Positions 23,601 through 35,110 of a DNA stretch of 64,000 bases are shown here, in pieces. The DNA lies in NCBI RefSeq assembly GCF_003918875.1, contig NW_025767213.1, forward strand, positions 682,001 through 746,000, read 5' to 3'. The stretch's first letter is position 1, and each line of letters opens with the position of its first letter. This DNA is from Haliotis rubra (lineage: Eukaryota). The notes under the pieces are model-generated. The model was not told where the DNA came from and did no database searches. It saw only the letters and a list, made by a program, of their open reading frames with translations. A program made the position numbers and the translations under genes.

Positions 23601-26600
23601 TGTAATTTTTTGGTTGTTTGTCATTCAGTTCCCTAAACGTAATGGTTCGTGAATTGAATATAATTCAATATTTCAGAATGTGCCTTTGGTAGTGACTGTT
23701 TTGAAGGAGGTGTCAAGAAAACCTTTGGCAATTGTGAATATACGTGCTCAGTATCTGGCGTCATTGGGTTCATCCAGGATGACCCAGGTAAGTTGCCAGA
23801 GATAGAACGCTAGTCTTCTCACAACGAATGTACTGATGGTCTTCGACGCTCTGTGCCCTTCTCTCCAACAGAGCCCGTGTAACACAGAACGTGTTACGTA
23901 TTTAGGGGAGAACAGCCCCGGTTGGATCTTGTATTATAGGGGTAACGCTGCTTGTCAGGGCATTGTCATTTGCAGAAGCCCTACGTATTCAATTAACTGC
24001 CCGAAGAAGGAGTGAGTTGAAAAGACAGTGGGCTTCTCCAAATGATAATGCCCTTAGAAAGAGCGTTACCCCTATTATAGCTTAAATGGATGGAATGTAC
24101 TTTGGGGTTTACTTAAAACACCTCGCAACGGACTATTGACACAACACTGTAGGTCATGGAACAAGATTATGACGTCATGACGTTATGACGTCGTTATGCT
24201 GTGATGTCATTTGACAACAGAACTGATAATGATTAAGGAGTCAGCGCGGGCCATTATCATTTGCAGAGGGGGGTTCATGATAATTTATTCCATTTCAGCT
24301 ATAAAGACGATCTAACTCTTTCACCAGCCCCGTGACATATAATACCATTCAATGTCCAATACCACGTGTGCCTCTCCCATAATGCCCCGCGACATAAACT
24401 AGCGAACAAAAGAAAGTTATCACCGACTTCACAAGACAAAGGTGTATGTGAGATTTATGATAATTATATTACATGCAGAAATCATTCTCCAATAATGTGA
24501 TTGCTGGTCTTGCAAAAAGTGCATAAAGAGTCACATAATGAGACAGAAGTCAGGGGACACGACATAAATAGCGAGTGTGACCACCCTGGGCACTCACTGA
24601 CGTCAGCAGTCGACGGATGACGTCAGCAGGAATCTTGTTCCTAAGTCCAAGGGAGTCTGCTCAAGTTCCTGTCGGTTCGCTGGAGGTGCTACACGCTGTC
24701 TCAGCTGACGATCAAGATGATCTCAGAGACGTTCAATGGGGTTCATGTCTGGAGAAGGCAATACGCTGACGTTAACGTCGTGCAGGTATTCTCGAACAAT
24801 TCTGGCGGTGTGAGGCTTTGCGTTGTTGTGCTGCAAAATGATTCATCTTGGCTGTTGTCGAATAAAGGTCTCAGCACTTCATCCCTGTATCGCTGGGCAT
24901 TCTGATTTCCTCGGATGATAACCAGCCTTCTTTTCTCTGGCCACAAACGCTGCCCCATACCACCTCTATCGAACGGATGAACTTGAACGCAGTTTGGCTC
25001 CAGTCAGTCTCTACTACGTCGATAAATTCGAATTCTGTCATCGTTTCTTAACAGTCTGAACAGACTTTCATGTGTAAAGAGCACTCTCTCCCAGTCATCT
25101 CGCTACCACCTACGTACAGTTCGTGTCCAGTCTGCGTTGACTGTGTAGACGGGTCAAGGCCATATCACGGAAGGGGCGGTAGGCTCGTATACCAGCCATA
25201 CCAAGTCGTCGCGGGACTGTTGATGGCGTCTCCTTGTCTTGTAACTAATCTATTCCTGAGGTGGATCTGCCGGATGTAGCAGTCTTCGGTCGGTGTCGTG
25301 ACTCTTGGTCTTCCCAATCATTGGCTTGTTTGGTGGTAGCGGTTTGTGATGGTGGCCTGGCTACAGCTGAAGGTTCTTGCCAGCTGACGCTGTAAAGAAC
25401 CCATATTGACCATATCGATGACCCTGTCTCGTTAGGGTTTGCGTAGGTCTTGGCATATTCGTTACTACATGCTTGCTCTGTCCAACATTGCTAAATATGC
25501 CACAATCAAGCACGTGCAATTGGACCAATGTTCCACAATTACGTAATGCCATGTATTCCCCTCCCATACAGCCCCAGAGTGAAAACCTTCAATGTATAAT
25601 ACCATGTATTCCCCTCCCATACAGCCCTAGAGTGAACCTTCAATGTATAATGCCATGTATTCCCCTCCCATACAGCCCTAGAGTGAACCTTCAATGTATA
25701 ATACCACGTGGATCTACTCCAATACAGCCCTAGAGTGAACCTTCAATGTATAATGCCATGTATTCCCCTCCCATACAGCCCTAGAGTGAACCTTCAATGT
25801 ATAATGCCATGTATTCCCCTCCCATACAGCCCTAGAGTGAACCTTCAATGTATAATACCACGTGGATCTACTCCAATACAGCCCTATAAATGAACCTTCA
25901 ATGTATAATACCATGTATTCTCCTCCCATACAGCCCTAGAGTGAACCTTCAATGTATAATACCACGTGGATCTACTCCAATACAGCCCTATAAATGAACC
26001 TTCAATGTATCATGCCATGTATTCCACTCCCATACAGGCCTAGAGTGAACCTTCAATGTATAATACCACGTATTGCCCTCCCATACAGCCCTAGAGTGAA
26101 CCTTCAATGTATAATACCACGTATTGCCCTCCCATACATCCCCAGAGTGAACCTTCAATTTATAATACCGCGTATTCCCCTCCCATACGGCCCTAGAGTG
26201 AACCTTCAATGTATCATGCCATGTATTCCCCTCCCATACAGGCCTAGAGTGAACCTTCAATGTATAATACCACGTATTGCCCTCCCATACATCCCCAGAG
26301 TTAACCTTCAATGTATAATACCGCGTATTCCCCTCCCATACAGCCCTAGAGTGAAACTTCAATGTATCATGCCATGTATTCCCCTCCCATACAGCCCTAG
26401 AGTGAACCTTCAATGTGTAATACTATGTATTCCCCTCCCATACAGCCCTAGAGTGAACCTTCAATGTATAATACCATGTATTCCCTTTCCATACAGCTCT
26501 AGAGTGAACCTTCATTGTATAGAGCATGTATTTCCCTCCCATACAGCCCTAAAGTCAACCTTCAATGTATAGGGCATGTATTCCCCTCCCACACATCCCT

Positions 26601-27818
26601 AGAGTCAACCTTCAATGTATAATACCATGTATTCCTATCCCACACAGATCTGGAGTGAACCTTCAATGTATAATACCATGTATTTCCCTCCCATACAGCC
26701 CTAGATTGAATCTTCAATGTATAATGCCACGTGTTCCTCTCCCATACTGCCCTAGAGTTTACCTTCAATGTATAATACCACGTATTCCCCTCCCATACAG
26801 CCCTAGAGTGAACCTTCAATGTATAATACCACGTATTCCCCTCCCATACTGCCCTAGAGTTTACCTTCAATGTATAATACCACGTATTTCCCTCCCATAC
26901 AGCCCCAGAGTGAACCTCCAATGTATAATACCACGTATTCCTCTCCCATACAGCCCTAGAGTTTACCTTCACTGTATCATGCCATGTATTCCCCTCCCAT
27001 ACAGCCCTAGAGTGAACTCTTCAATGTATAATACCATGTATTCCCTCCCATACAGCCCTAGAGTGAACCTTCAATGTATAATACCATGTATTCCCTTCAC
27101 ATACAGCCCTAGAGTGAACCTTCAATGTATAATACGATGTATTCCCCTCCCATACAGCCCTAGAGTGAACCTTCAATGTATAATACCACGTATTCCCCTC
27201 CCATACAGCCCTAGAGTGAACCTTCAATGTATAATACCACGTATTCCCTCCCATACAGCCCTAGAGTGAACCTTCAATGTATAATACCATGTATTCCCCT
27301 CCCATACAGCCCTAGAGTGAACCTTCAATGTATAATGCCTTATATTCCCCTCCCATACAGCCCTAGAGTGAACCTTCAATGTATAATACCATGTATTCCC
27401 CTCCCATACAGCCCTAGAGTGAACCTTCAATGTATAATACCACGTATTCCCCTCCCATACAGCCCTAGAGTGAACCTTCAATGTATAATACCATGTATTC
27501 CCTTCACATACAGCCCTAGAGTGAACCTTCAGTGTATAATGCCATGTATTCCCCTCCCATACAGCCCTAGAGTGAACCTTCAATGTATATTACCACGTAA
27601 TTCTCCCCTACGCAACTCTAAAATGTACCTTCAATGTACAATACATGTTTTCTAATTCAGTCCTTGAATGTACCCTGGTATGTGTAATATCATGTTTCCT
27701 CGCTCTCCTCTAACTAGTACAGCGCCACGTCCACTTCCTACCAGCAGTATTCTATAGTTACAGATATGAACATACAACTAACAATTTCTTCTTTTTTTCA
27801 GCGTGTTCGAATGAGTAG
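20653..27818 (+). CDS. Secreted cysteine-rich modular protein, paralog C (124 aa, 2 modules), multi-exon
   Basis: Coding exons 20653-20728, 21929-21982, 23008-23124, 23677-23787, 27802-27818 (GT-AG, phase 1). Protein: MARFILASCVLAVCLAYTLAGGAMGGDTGGASGGGDDDCAAKQSCPKPGGGCVDLGGTYQLNACTPLTCTVEGNVYGLRGDMKCAFGSDCFEGGVKKTFGNCEYTCSVSGVIGFIQDDPACSNE*. AATAAA at 27900. Confidence 0.87.
21560..21872. repeat. 24-bp minisatellite (TTAGTCTTCCAGTCACACGATGCA)
   Basis: About 13 near-identical copies, with more diverged related units at 21340-21560. Confidence 0.93.
22415..22702 (+). mobile_element. SINE fragment with CORE/Deu-like central domain and L2-like 3' tail
   Basis: CCACCCAGCTGTGAATGGGTACC core-like segment. 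The 3' end AGCGCCTTGAGC...GTGCGCTATATAAAT plus short AT repeats is typical of L2-mobilised SINEs. Confidence 0.6.
23936..24075. repeat. Inverted repeat (hairpin), probably part of a non-autonomous DNA element
   Basis: ATAGGGGTAACGCT..GGGCATTGTCATTTGCAGAAGCCC pairs with GGGCTTCTCCAAATGATAATGCCC..AGCGTTACCCCTAT. A related half copy lies at about 28641-28720. Confidence 0.65.
24540..25540 (-). mobile_element. Decayed Tc1/mariner transposase remnant
   Basis: Minus-strand fragments LVIIRGNQNAQRYRDEVLRP, LQHNNAKPHTAR and PSPDMNPIERL, interrupted by frameshifts and stops. Confidence 0.85.
25545..27640. repeat. 51-bp minisatellite (ATGTATTCCCCTCCCATACAGCCCTAGAGTGAACCTTCAATGTATAATACC) in the last intron of paralog C
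   Basis: About 40 tandem copies, source of the VNLQCIIPCIPLPYSPR ORFs. Confidence 0.95.
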
Positions 27819-30021
27819 GGCAAATGCAAGTGTCGCACAACTTGGAAGCAGCAAAGTCATTGTAACGTAACGTCACTTTGATGGATCAGGGAACTGTGCA
27901 ATAAATCTTAAAATAACATCTCGTACCCCTTTCTTGTGTGTTTGTTTTCGGGTTTGGGGTATGTCTATATTATTACTTTTTTCAATCGTGGCCACCATTC
28001 AGAAGTTTGAACTTACAGAGTAAAGTTTGAGAAAGGCATAGACTTTTATGATGCAAGTAAAACACGAGTGTTGGATTTGGTTGATCTACCAAGATAAGTC
28101 GAAGGACAACCGTTATGTTTTCTCCTACTGTATGTAATGTTAAGGGCTAAGATCACCTCAGTGGACTGGCGGTACGTACACGTCGTGGCCCAGCTCATGC
28201 AGTCACATTGTCACAAGGGCTCTTCAACGTTCACTTTGTTGTGAAAACGTTATTCTGTGGACTCCCATTTACGTTGTCACAACGTTGTGGCCTGAGATTT
28301 TACGTCGCCACAAGGTTAAATGTATTGATGCTAACGTATTTTACGTTGTCTTAACGTTCTATTTAAAGTCAATAGTTGAAGAGTTTTGTGAACAGTACAT
28401 AAGAAACAAAGCATAAATTCACTTCAATGTTTATTCGTCGATGTGCATGTTGTTTTGGTCGTGTGTTTTCTGAAGCTGTAGCTGAATAGTGAAGACAGAA
28501 TAGCAAAGTGATAAGTTTTACACAAAGCTCTATGGTGACACCAAGTTATAACAAACGTTGTTATAACGTTGTGAGGAGCCCAAAGCATAACGTTTCCTCA
28601 TCGTAAATTTGCAATGTTGTTATTACGTTGTGACATTACGTATACAAGGGGGACGCTATTTTTCAGGGCAGTATCAGATGCAGAAGCCCGAGGCCTTTCT
28701 TTAACTGCCCGACGAAGAAGTCTGTTGTATTTTCCGAAAATACCACACCTCAAATAAAACTAATTTAGCGAGGAATTATATGAATTTAGCAACCTTAATG
28801 AGGACATTAAAGGAATCAATATAAACTGCGAGCACAGATATACAAACCTAGAGATATTCTCGGGGGAAGCGGGATTCGAACCTGCCACGGTTAGTGACGC
28901 AGCTCTGCATTTCCAACTGCGAACTTACGACAAAGAGAACCCCGTGCCAGTATACTACAGAATACATGTAGTTATAACAAAGGTTATGCAGGTCATAACA
29001 CAACTCACAATCAAAACAGAAACGTTTTAGAATGTTCTTACTGTTGTAAAATCGCTCCTCCACAATAACAAATGATGACTTTCCTCATACATTTTCTCAA
29101 ATATATGTTTCCAAATTTAAGGAAATCATACGTCCATCGTCTAAGAAGATATAAATAACAAATTCAAACTCATTTGGAAAAGAATCGGTCAAAATAATTC
29201 TATGAATTAGACCATATTGGGCAGTGTATTCCCAGAAGAGCAGAGCAGGAGCGAGGTAGAGCTCCAAATCTCGTTCTGGATTAAAGATTTTGACCTCTAG
29301 TCGTGAAAACACGTCCATGTCTACTGCAACACAACTGTGATAGAAGTCCCACTACCTGCACCAAAGCTGTTAGCACTTCAAACATTCCAGTTTGAATTAT
29401 TTTAGATACGGGTACTTCAGCTAAACTACGATATAAGTACTTCCTGTTCCCGAAAAAGGATGATACCTGCCCCTCTATGGTATTTGGTACGTTGACGCCA
29501 GTTTGTGCTCTGGACAAGACGTAATGCATGGACTTCTGGATTACCGGAGCAAGTGTCACCTGAACTGCGCTAAACCCTCCTTGGTGCTGGCGGTCTTAAC
29601 TGTTTGGTATGTGAGGGAAGACACTGATTGGAGACACCGAAAGGCTTCACTATCCGCCGACTGAGTACTTTCTGCTTTACAGACAGTGGCATCAGGGCCG
29701 ACACCCGCGCACTAAGCGCAGAATGGTTAAACCAGGGGTTCCTCCGTCACCCCTATCAACATCAGAACTTACCATTGGTAGTATACCTTCCTTCTCTTAG
29801 AATACGGTGCGTCAACTTCTCTGGCTTCTTCTGTCCTTCCCTTGACTCTACTTTAATGAATTACGTGATTTGCACGAACTTCCCAGAATCAAGTATGCCC
29901 GATACGTGGCGCGGTACCTTGTCAATAATAACTTATTTCTGATCTTATTTGTGATCTCACCTACCTTATGGTGTTAGTGTTACATAAAATAGTTTTTCTA
30001 ACATACCGTCGTCAAATATGT

Positions 30022-30200
30022 TATTTGTTTGTTGTTTAACGACACACTCAGCAATATTCAAGTCTGGACCAGGCAACCAAGTGACTGAAATCATGAGCAT
30101 CGATCTACGCGATTGGGATGCGATGACACGCATTGGCAAAGTTAGTCGCCTCTAACGTCAAGCACAGGTTGATGGATCAATGTTTATAACCCGCAGTAGA
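30022..30200 (-). mobile_element. Probable SINE fragment of another family
   Basis: TTGTTTGTTGTTTAACG..CTCAGCAATATT, the reverse of a retroposon-type tail resembling family 1, followed by a different body. Confidence 0.45.
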
Positions 30201-30711
30201 TCTCGAGTTATTGTAGTATTTAATATGACAATTCCATATTTATCACGTATTGAGTGCAGCGATATCCTGCCCATAATAACAGAACTTTGAAACACAAAGG
30301 TCCTTCTCTAACTGAAGTCGTAGCAAGTTTATGAACTTCCCAACCTTTTTAGTTTCCGTGGTCAAGGGGAGCTAACCCGCAATGCTATATGTTCCGTATA
30401 TATCTGATATATATTTTGGATAATCGAGTATGTGATATCAATTATTCATTTATGATATCAAAAATGATCATGAATTTTAGATATCAATAAATTGAATTGT
30501 CAGGAAGGACGAAGGTTTTTCGTATGGTCTATGTGTAGGTTAACGCTGCAATCAGCAACATTGCAGATAAATGACATGATCGAGTGGGGAATACAGAGGC
30601 AAACGTATAACGACAAGAAGTACTCCTTTAGAAAAACACTTGTAAAGTATCCAAACGTGTACAGATCCATGCACTAACGCACACACAAACAAACACACTG
30701 AAATAACTGCA

Positions 30712-30792
30712 ATGTGCCCATGTGGGGAATCGAACCCGGGCTTTCGGCGTGACGAGCGAACGCTTTAACAACTAAGGCTATCCCATCGCCCC
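30712..30792 (-). mobile_element. SINE family 1, 5' tRNA-like head only
   Basis: The reverse complement reads GGGGCGATGGGATAGCCTTAGTTGTTAAAGCGTTCGCTCGTCACGCCGAAAGCCCGGGTTCGATTCCCCACATGGG. Confidence 0.8.
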
Positions 30793-31749
30793 ACGGGTAG
30801 CACTACCATTATTCACCGTGGCGACACAAACTATCCTGTAGATACAAGCCTTTTGTTCTGATCGGCGTGATATACACGCATGTACTTTAAGATATCGGAA
30901 AAAGTACACGTGTTTATTTGAACCGACAAGACCATGGCATGAGGAAATGTTCGTCTTAGGAGTAATGCAATACTGCACGCGTGTAAAATACTGCACGCGT
31001 GTAATTCGGCGGGACAAGAGCATTTACCGCAATGTTTCCATTGTGATAAAGAGATAGATATGCAGGGAACGCATCGTACTTTGATATTTTATGATATTTT
31101 GCTATTTCGAAATTAATCGAAAGTAAGGTGAAACGTGTTTTCTATTTCCTATGAATTTAATGCTTTACAGAAGAAAGAATGGCTTTTAGGAAGTGATGAT
31201 GTTTACCTTTAAATACAGACATGATGTATTTATTGGTAATCTTAGTAATCGTGTCCGTCTATTCCTAAGTCTCTATACATTCATTCACTCACATAAAATA
31301 GTATAACTATTTTTAGAGGCACTATTGCAAAGTTACCATTTGGAGGAAGCTGGAAACATGATTTTGTGTAGGAAGCTCCTCTTTGACGGGATATTAAATA
31401 ATGATCTTGAACTGAAGCCACTTAACACTTATACCTTGGGGGTACGTATTTACCATTAATACGTAGTTTTCCTCTTCTTCATCCCCTTGAAAACATCTTC
31501 CCGTTTGTTATGACTGTTCTTGATCTCTCAAAACGTATTTTGCTACCTTTAATGTGTTCAGCAGCAAAGAGACAGTGATTGAAAGGATAGGTTTCTTCAA
31601 AAACATTTACCTTTTTACATTGTTTCAGCAGGGCATGACATTTTCTATACATTTCTAACTAAATTAATCAATATTCATCTGTTCCATTATCTAACAATAT
31701 ATCATTGATAACATTTGCCCTTACATGACATTTTATATTAAACCGTTGG

Positions 31750-32280
31750 GCAGACAATAAGCCCACAAGGACATAACACCCTCGGGCAAAACACCCCTAG
31801 GCTAAATGCCCCCAGGACAAAAAGCCCTTGCAAATTTCAACCCACAGGATAAAACACCCTCGGTGTATATTTTGAGTTGACATGATAATATAACATGATG
31901 CTTTCTAAGCAATTCCTCCCACTGCTGCCAGTTGTCACAGGCTCCTCAGTGACGATGTTGTTATTTTAACAATGGAATTAAATCTGCTAAATGTTGTTTC
32001 AGAGAACTGGCTGAAATTGGTCACTTCCTCTTATGTTTGATTTTGTTGGGCAGGTACTCATTGTGGCAAGTCAATGAACATGGTGTTTATAAAGATGGTC
32101 TATTAAGATGGTCAGTGCTATTGTTAATTTAATTAAATTCCTGATTTCCTGCTTCCTTCTTTAAAGTTTGGAGTAGCTTATCAATTAATGATGTATTATC
32201 AAATGATCCTTCCCCACCTGTATATAAGAGGTTTAGATTGTCCGAGGGTGTTATGTCCTTGTGGGCCTATTGTCCTACCA
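31750..32280. mobile_element. MITE-like element bounded by inverted repeats
   Basis: GCCCACAAGGACATAACACCCTCGG at about 31761 and its reverse complement CCGAGGGTGTTATGTCCTTGTGGGC at about 32242-32266, with short internal subrepeats. Confidence 0.65.
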
Positions 32281-34559
32281 CCTGGTACAATATTACTAAA
32301 CTTTAGTATCGAATAAAGATTGTGAATCTCATCAAAATTGCCTTTAAATAGCAAATATTTAAAGGTCACATGCAACCAAAAAATCAAACATAATTAATTA
32401 TCACTTATTAATTATCACTTATTCATGACATATAATATACATTGCTGGTTATGAAAAAACATATAAACAAAATTATAAGCGTACAATCGCAAATCAAAAG
32501 TGCAATATTGTGTACATGTACTTGGGTTTACTTTCCAAGAAACGAAGCAGCCGGGATACCGAACCCAGTCAGAGCGGGTGGGTGTGCACTCAAGTGTAAC
32601 GGCTGGTTCATTTGCAGATGCCCTCACGGCTCATTGTGTGTGTATATATAGAGATGTTGGGTTTTGTAAATACATGCTCATTTTTTGTGTATAACATTTT
32701 GCAATCAACAGACATCATAACATGCCATGTGTTCAAGTATCACACCTGCCTGTCTGTGTAATTACATAATGTGACAGAGACCGAACTCGGGCCATAAATC
32801 AATGCATTTTGTTTATGGTGTATAGCCTGATTGGTGTTAAGTTCAAATGTGGTCAGTGATCGCAGTTGTGTATTGAATATTGTCATTAGCAGACAGGCAG
32901 GCAGACACACAGGTGTCAATAAAACAAGACATTGAGTTTTGTCTGTGACAACGACATATCTATATCACAGTTAGAAATTCTGTCAACGCTAAATAATGAC
33001 ATTGCTTTTAAGTATCGAACTGAGAAAGTGACTCGGTAGGAAGAACGTGTGGTGAAATAGACAAATGAAATTATATAAACAGTTAATTTACTGTCATAAC
33101 ATATAAAAAGCTCGCGCCTGTGAGATATCAACAAAACATTAGAAAAATAGCTCACACCAAAGCCTTCACCGAGTATTCACCGGACAACCCGCTTCCAAGT
33201 TGCGCGAACCTATAGGGTATGCAAAGGGGAATAACTCCCATTTGTGTATATTTTTTTTCACCACCCTTGTCCTAAGGGTGAACATATATTGTCATTTTAT
33301 CTTTCTTATAGTTAGTCGTCAATTATCATGTCCCCAAAACACTAGCTTCGTGAGTTTTCTGCTAAACGGTTGTATGATATTTATTTAAACTGTTTTATTT
33401 TAGCAGTATTCACAGATTTGATTTCCCGGGGTAGCAATCGACGTCAAATTATTTTTCAGTTGCTTTAATATGTTTGTATATTCAAACGTCTTGAATACAT
33501 GTCATGATAGTTTACGTTTACCAAGCGTGGTATCCATGGTATATTGGATAAATGATTTATTCTTATCACAAATTTGATCTATATATTTGTTTATGTTTGT
33601 GATATCCCAAATTTCAATTTATGATATTATATATGATTTACCGATATAAATTCAATTTACAGATATGAATTGATTCTTGATATCACAATTTTAGATATCG
33701 CAAACTGAAATATTGATTTTATCAAAGGGATTTATTGACATAACATATTTTATTCCCAGATTGCAGACACGCTTTAGTGGAAATTACACTTATTAAATTA
33801 TCTCATATCAAGCCAAATGAAACAGCAACAAATTCATTTTCAATAATTCTCCGAATCAATATTTTCGAATGTACTTTTCGTGTCATAAAAGTGACAAACA
33901 ATATGTTGTTCACAAGTATGTTTTGCCGCAGTATGACTTTACGAAAGAATAAGTTTTTTTCATATTCCCAGAAGTGAATTATTGATCTCATAATTCAATT
34001 TTGCGATATTAATAATTCATTTCGATTTGTGATATCAAACATTCATTTGGTTATATCAAAAAATCGTATTTGTGATATCAGTAATACATATGTTGATATC
34101 AGTATTTCGATTTGGTGAAATCTAAAGTACATACCATTTATTGATACAAAAATCTGAATTAATGATATCTCAAGATCGATTTATTAGATCAATAAATGAA
34201 TTATTCATATCAAGAATAGAATTGAATATGAAAATGGAGCCACATAGTTCAGAGGAGAAGACAAAATCATGCTTTGAAATTGTTCTGTTCAACATATTTC
34301 CAAGAACTAAAACTGGAATCTATTATGATAGTCACCATGAGACATGTACGAAATACAGGATTATAGTAACATACTTATATGTTAGGTGTATAGGGGAGCA
34401 TAACATATATATGTTGTAACAATGGTCAGAGATGAATGACGACCATCCTATGAAAAACCTTTCATGTCTGTAAAACTTAGTACCAAAACAAACCCTGCAG
34501 GTAGAAGCGCCACAAATGGGCGTTTGGTGTTTTATCCTGATTTGGGCGCTCTAAATTAA

Positions 34560-35110
34560 TTGCAATCGATGCAATTAACTACGGGCTATTGGCATGTTGG
34601 AAACCGTCAGAAGCAAGCGTGTATTCGCCCGTATGCTCAGTAGTTCAGTCTGTGATTAGCAAACTGTGGAACAGATACCAACGAACACAAAAATGTTGAA
34701 GACCGAGCCCATTCAGAACGTCCCAAGTCAAAACGAAAGGGCAGGATCGATTGATTCAAACCATATTCCACGAAACAAACGACAAATCAAATTACTGTAA
34801 ACGTTCCTCAGGCTACTGAAGTTGTGGGTCGGATGATTAGCGATCGTCCATATGCAGCTCGTCGCCACGTGTTGTGCTGCCCCTTACAAATCGTCATATT
34901 GCAAACAGACATCAATGGTGTGCACGACGTCTAAACTGGGGTAACTGTCGCTGTTGATGTGCCATGTTTTCAGATGAGACCCGATTGACTTTGCTCTTCT
35001 TAGATAAGCATGGTCGCGTCTGGCGACGTCGAATTGAAGGTCGAGCCAATGTCAACCAGATTTGAACCATATTGCCATTGGACAATACTGTTAGAGAACA
35101 TAGCCTACTG
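34560..35110 (+). mobile_element. Decayed Tc1/mariner remnant
   Basis: PLTNRH..NRHQWCARRLNW..MFSDETRL...RVWRR, the region of the first catalytic Asp. Confidence 0.7.

Noticed and set aside
25473-27655. Pro/Cys-rich repeat ORFs on both strands
   Set aside because: Artefacts of a 51-bp intronic minisatellite, with frameshifts between copies.
32442-32651. Cys-containing short ORF (GGCALKCNGWFICRCPHGSLC) as a possible fourth paralog
   Set aside because: Cys spacing and splice boundaries do not match the module pattern.
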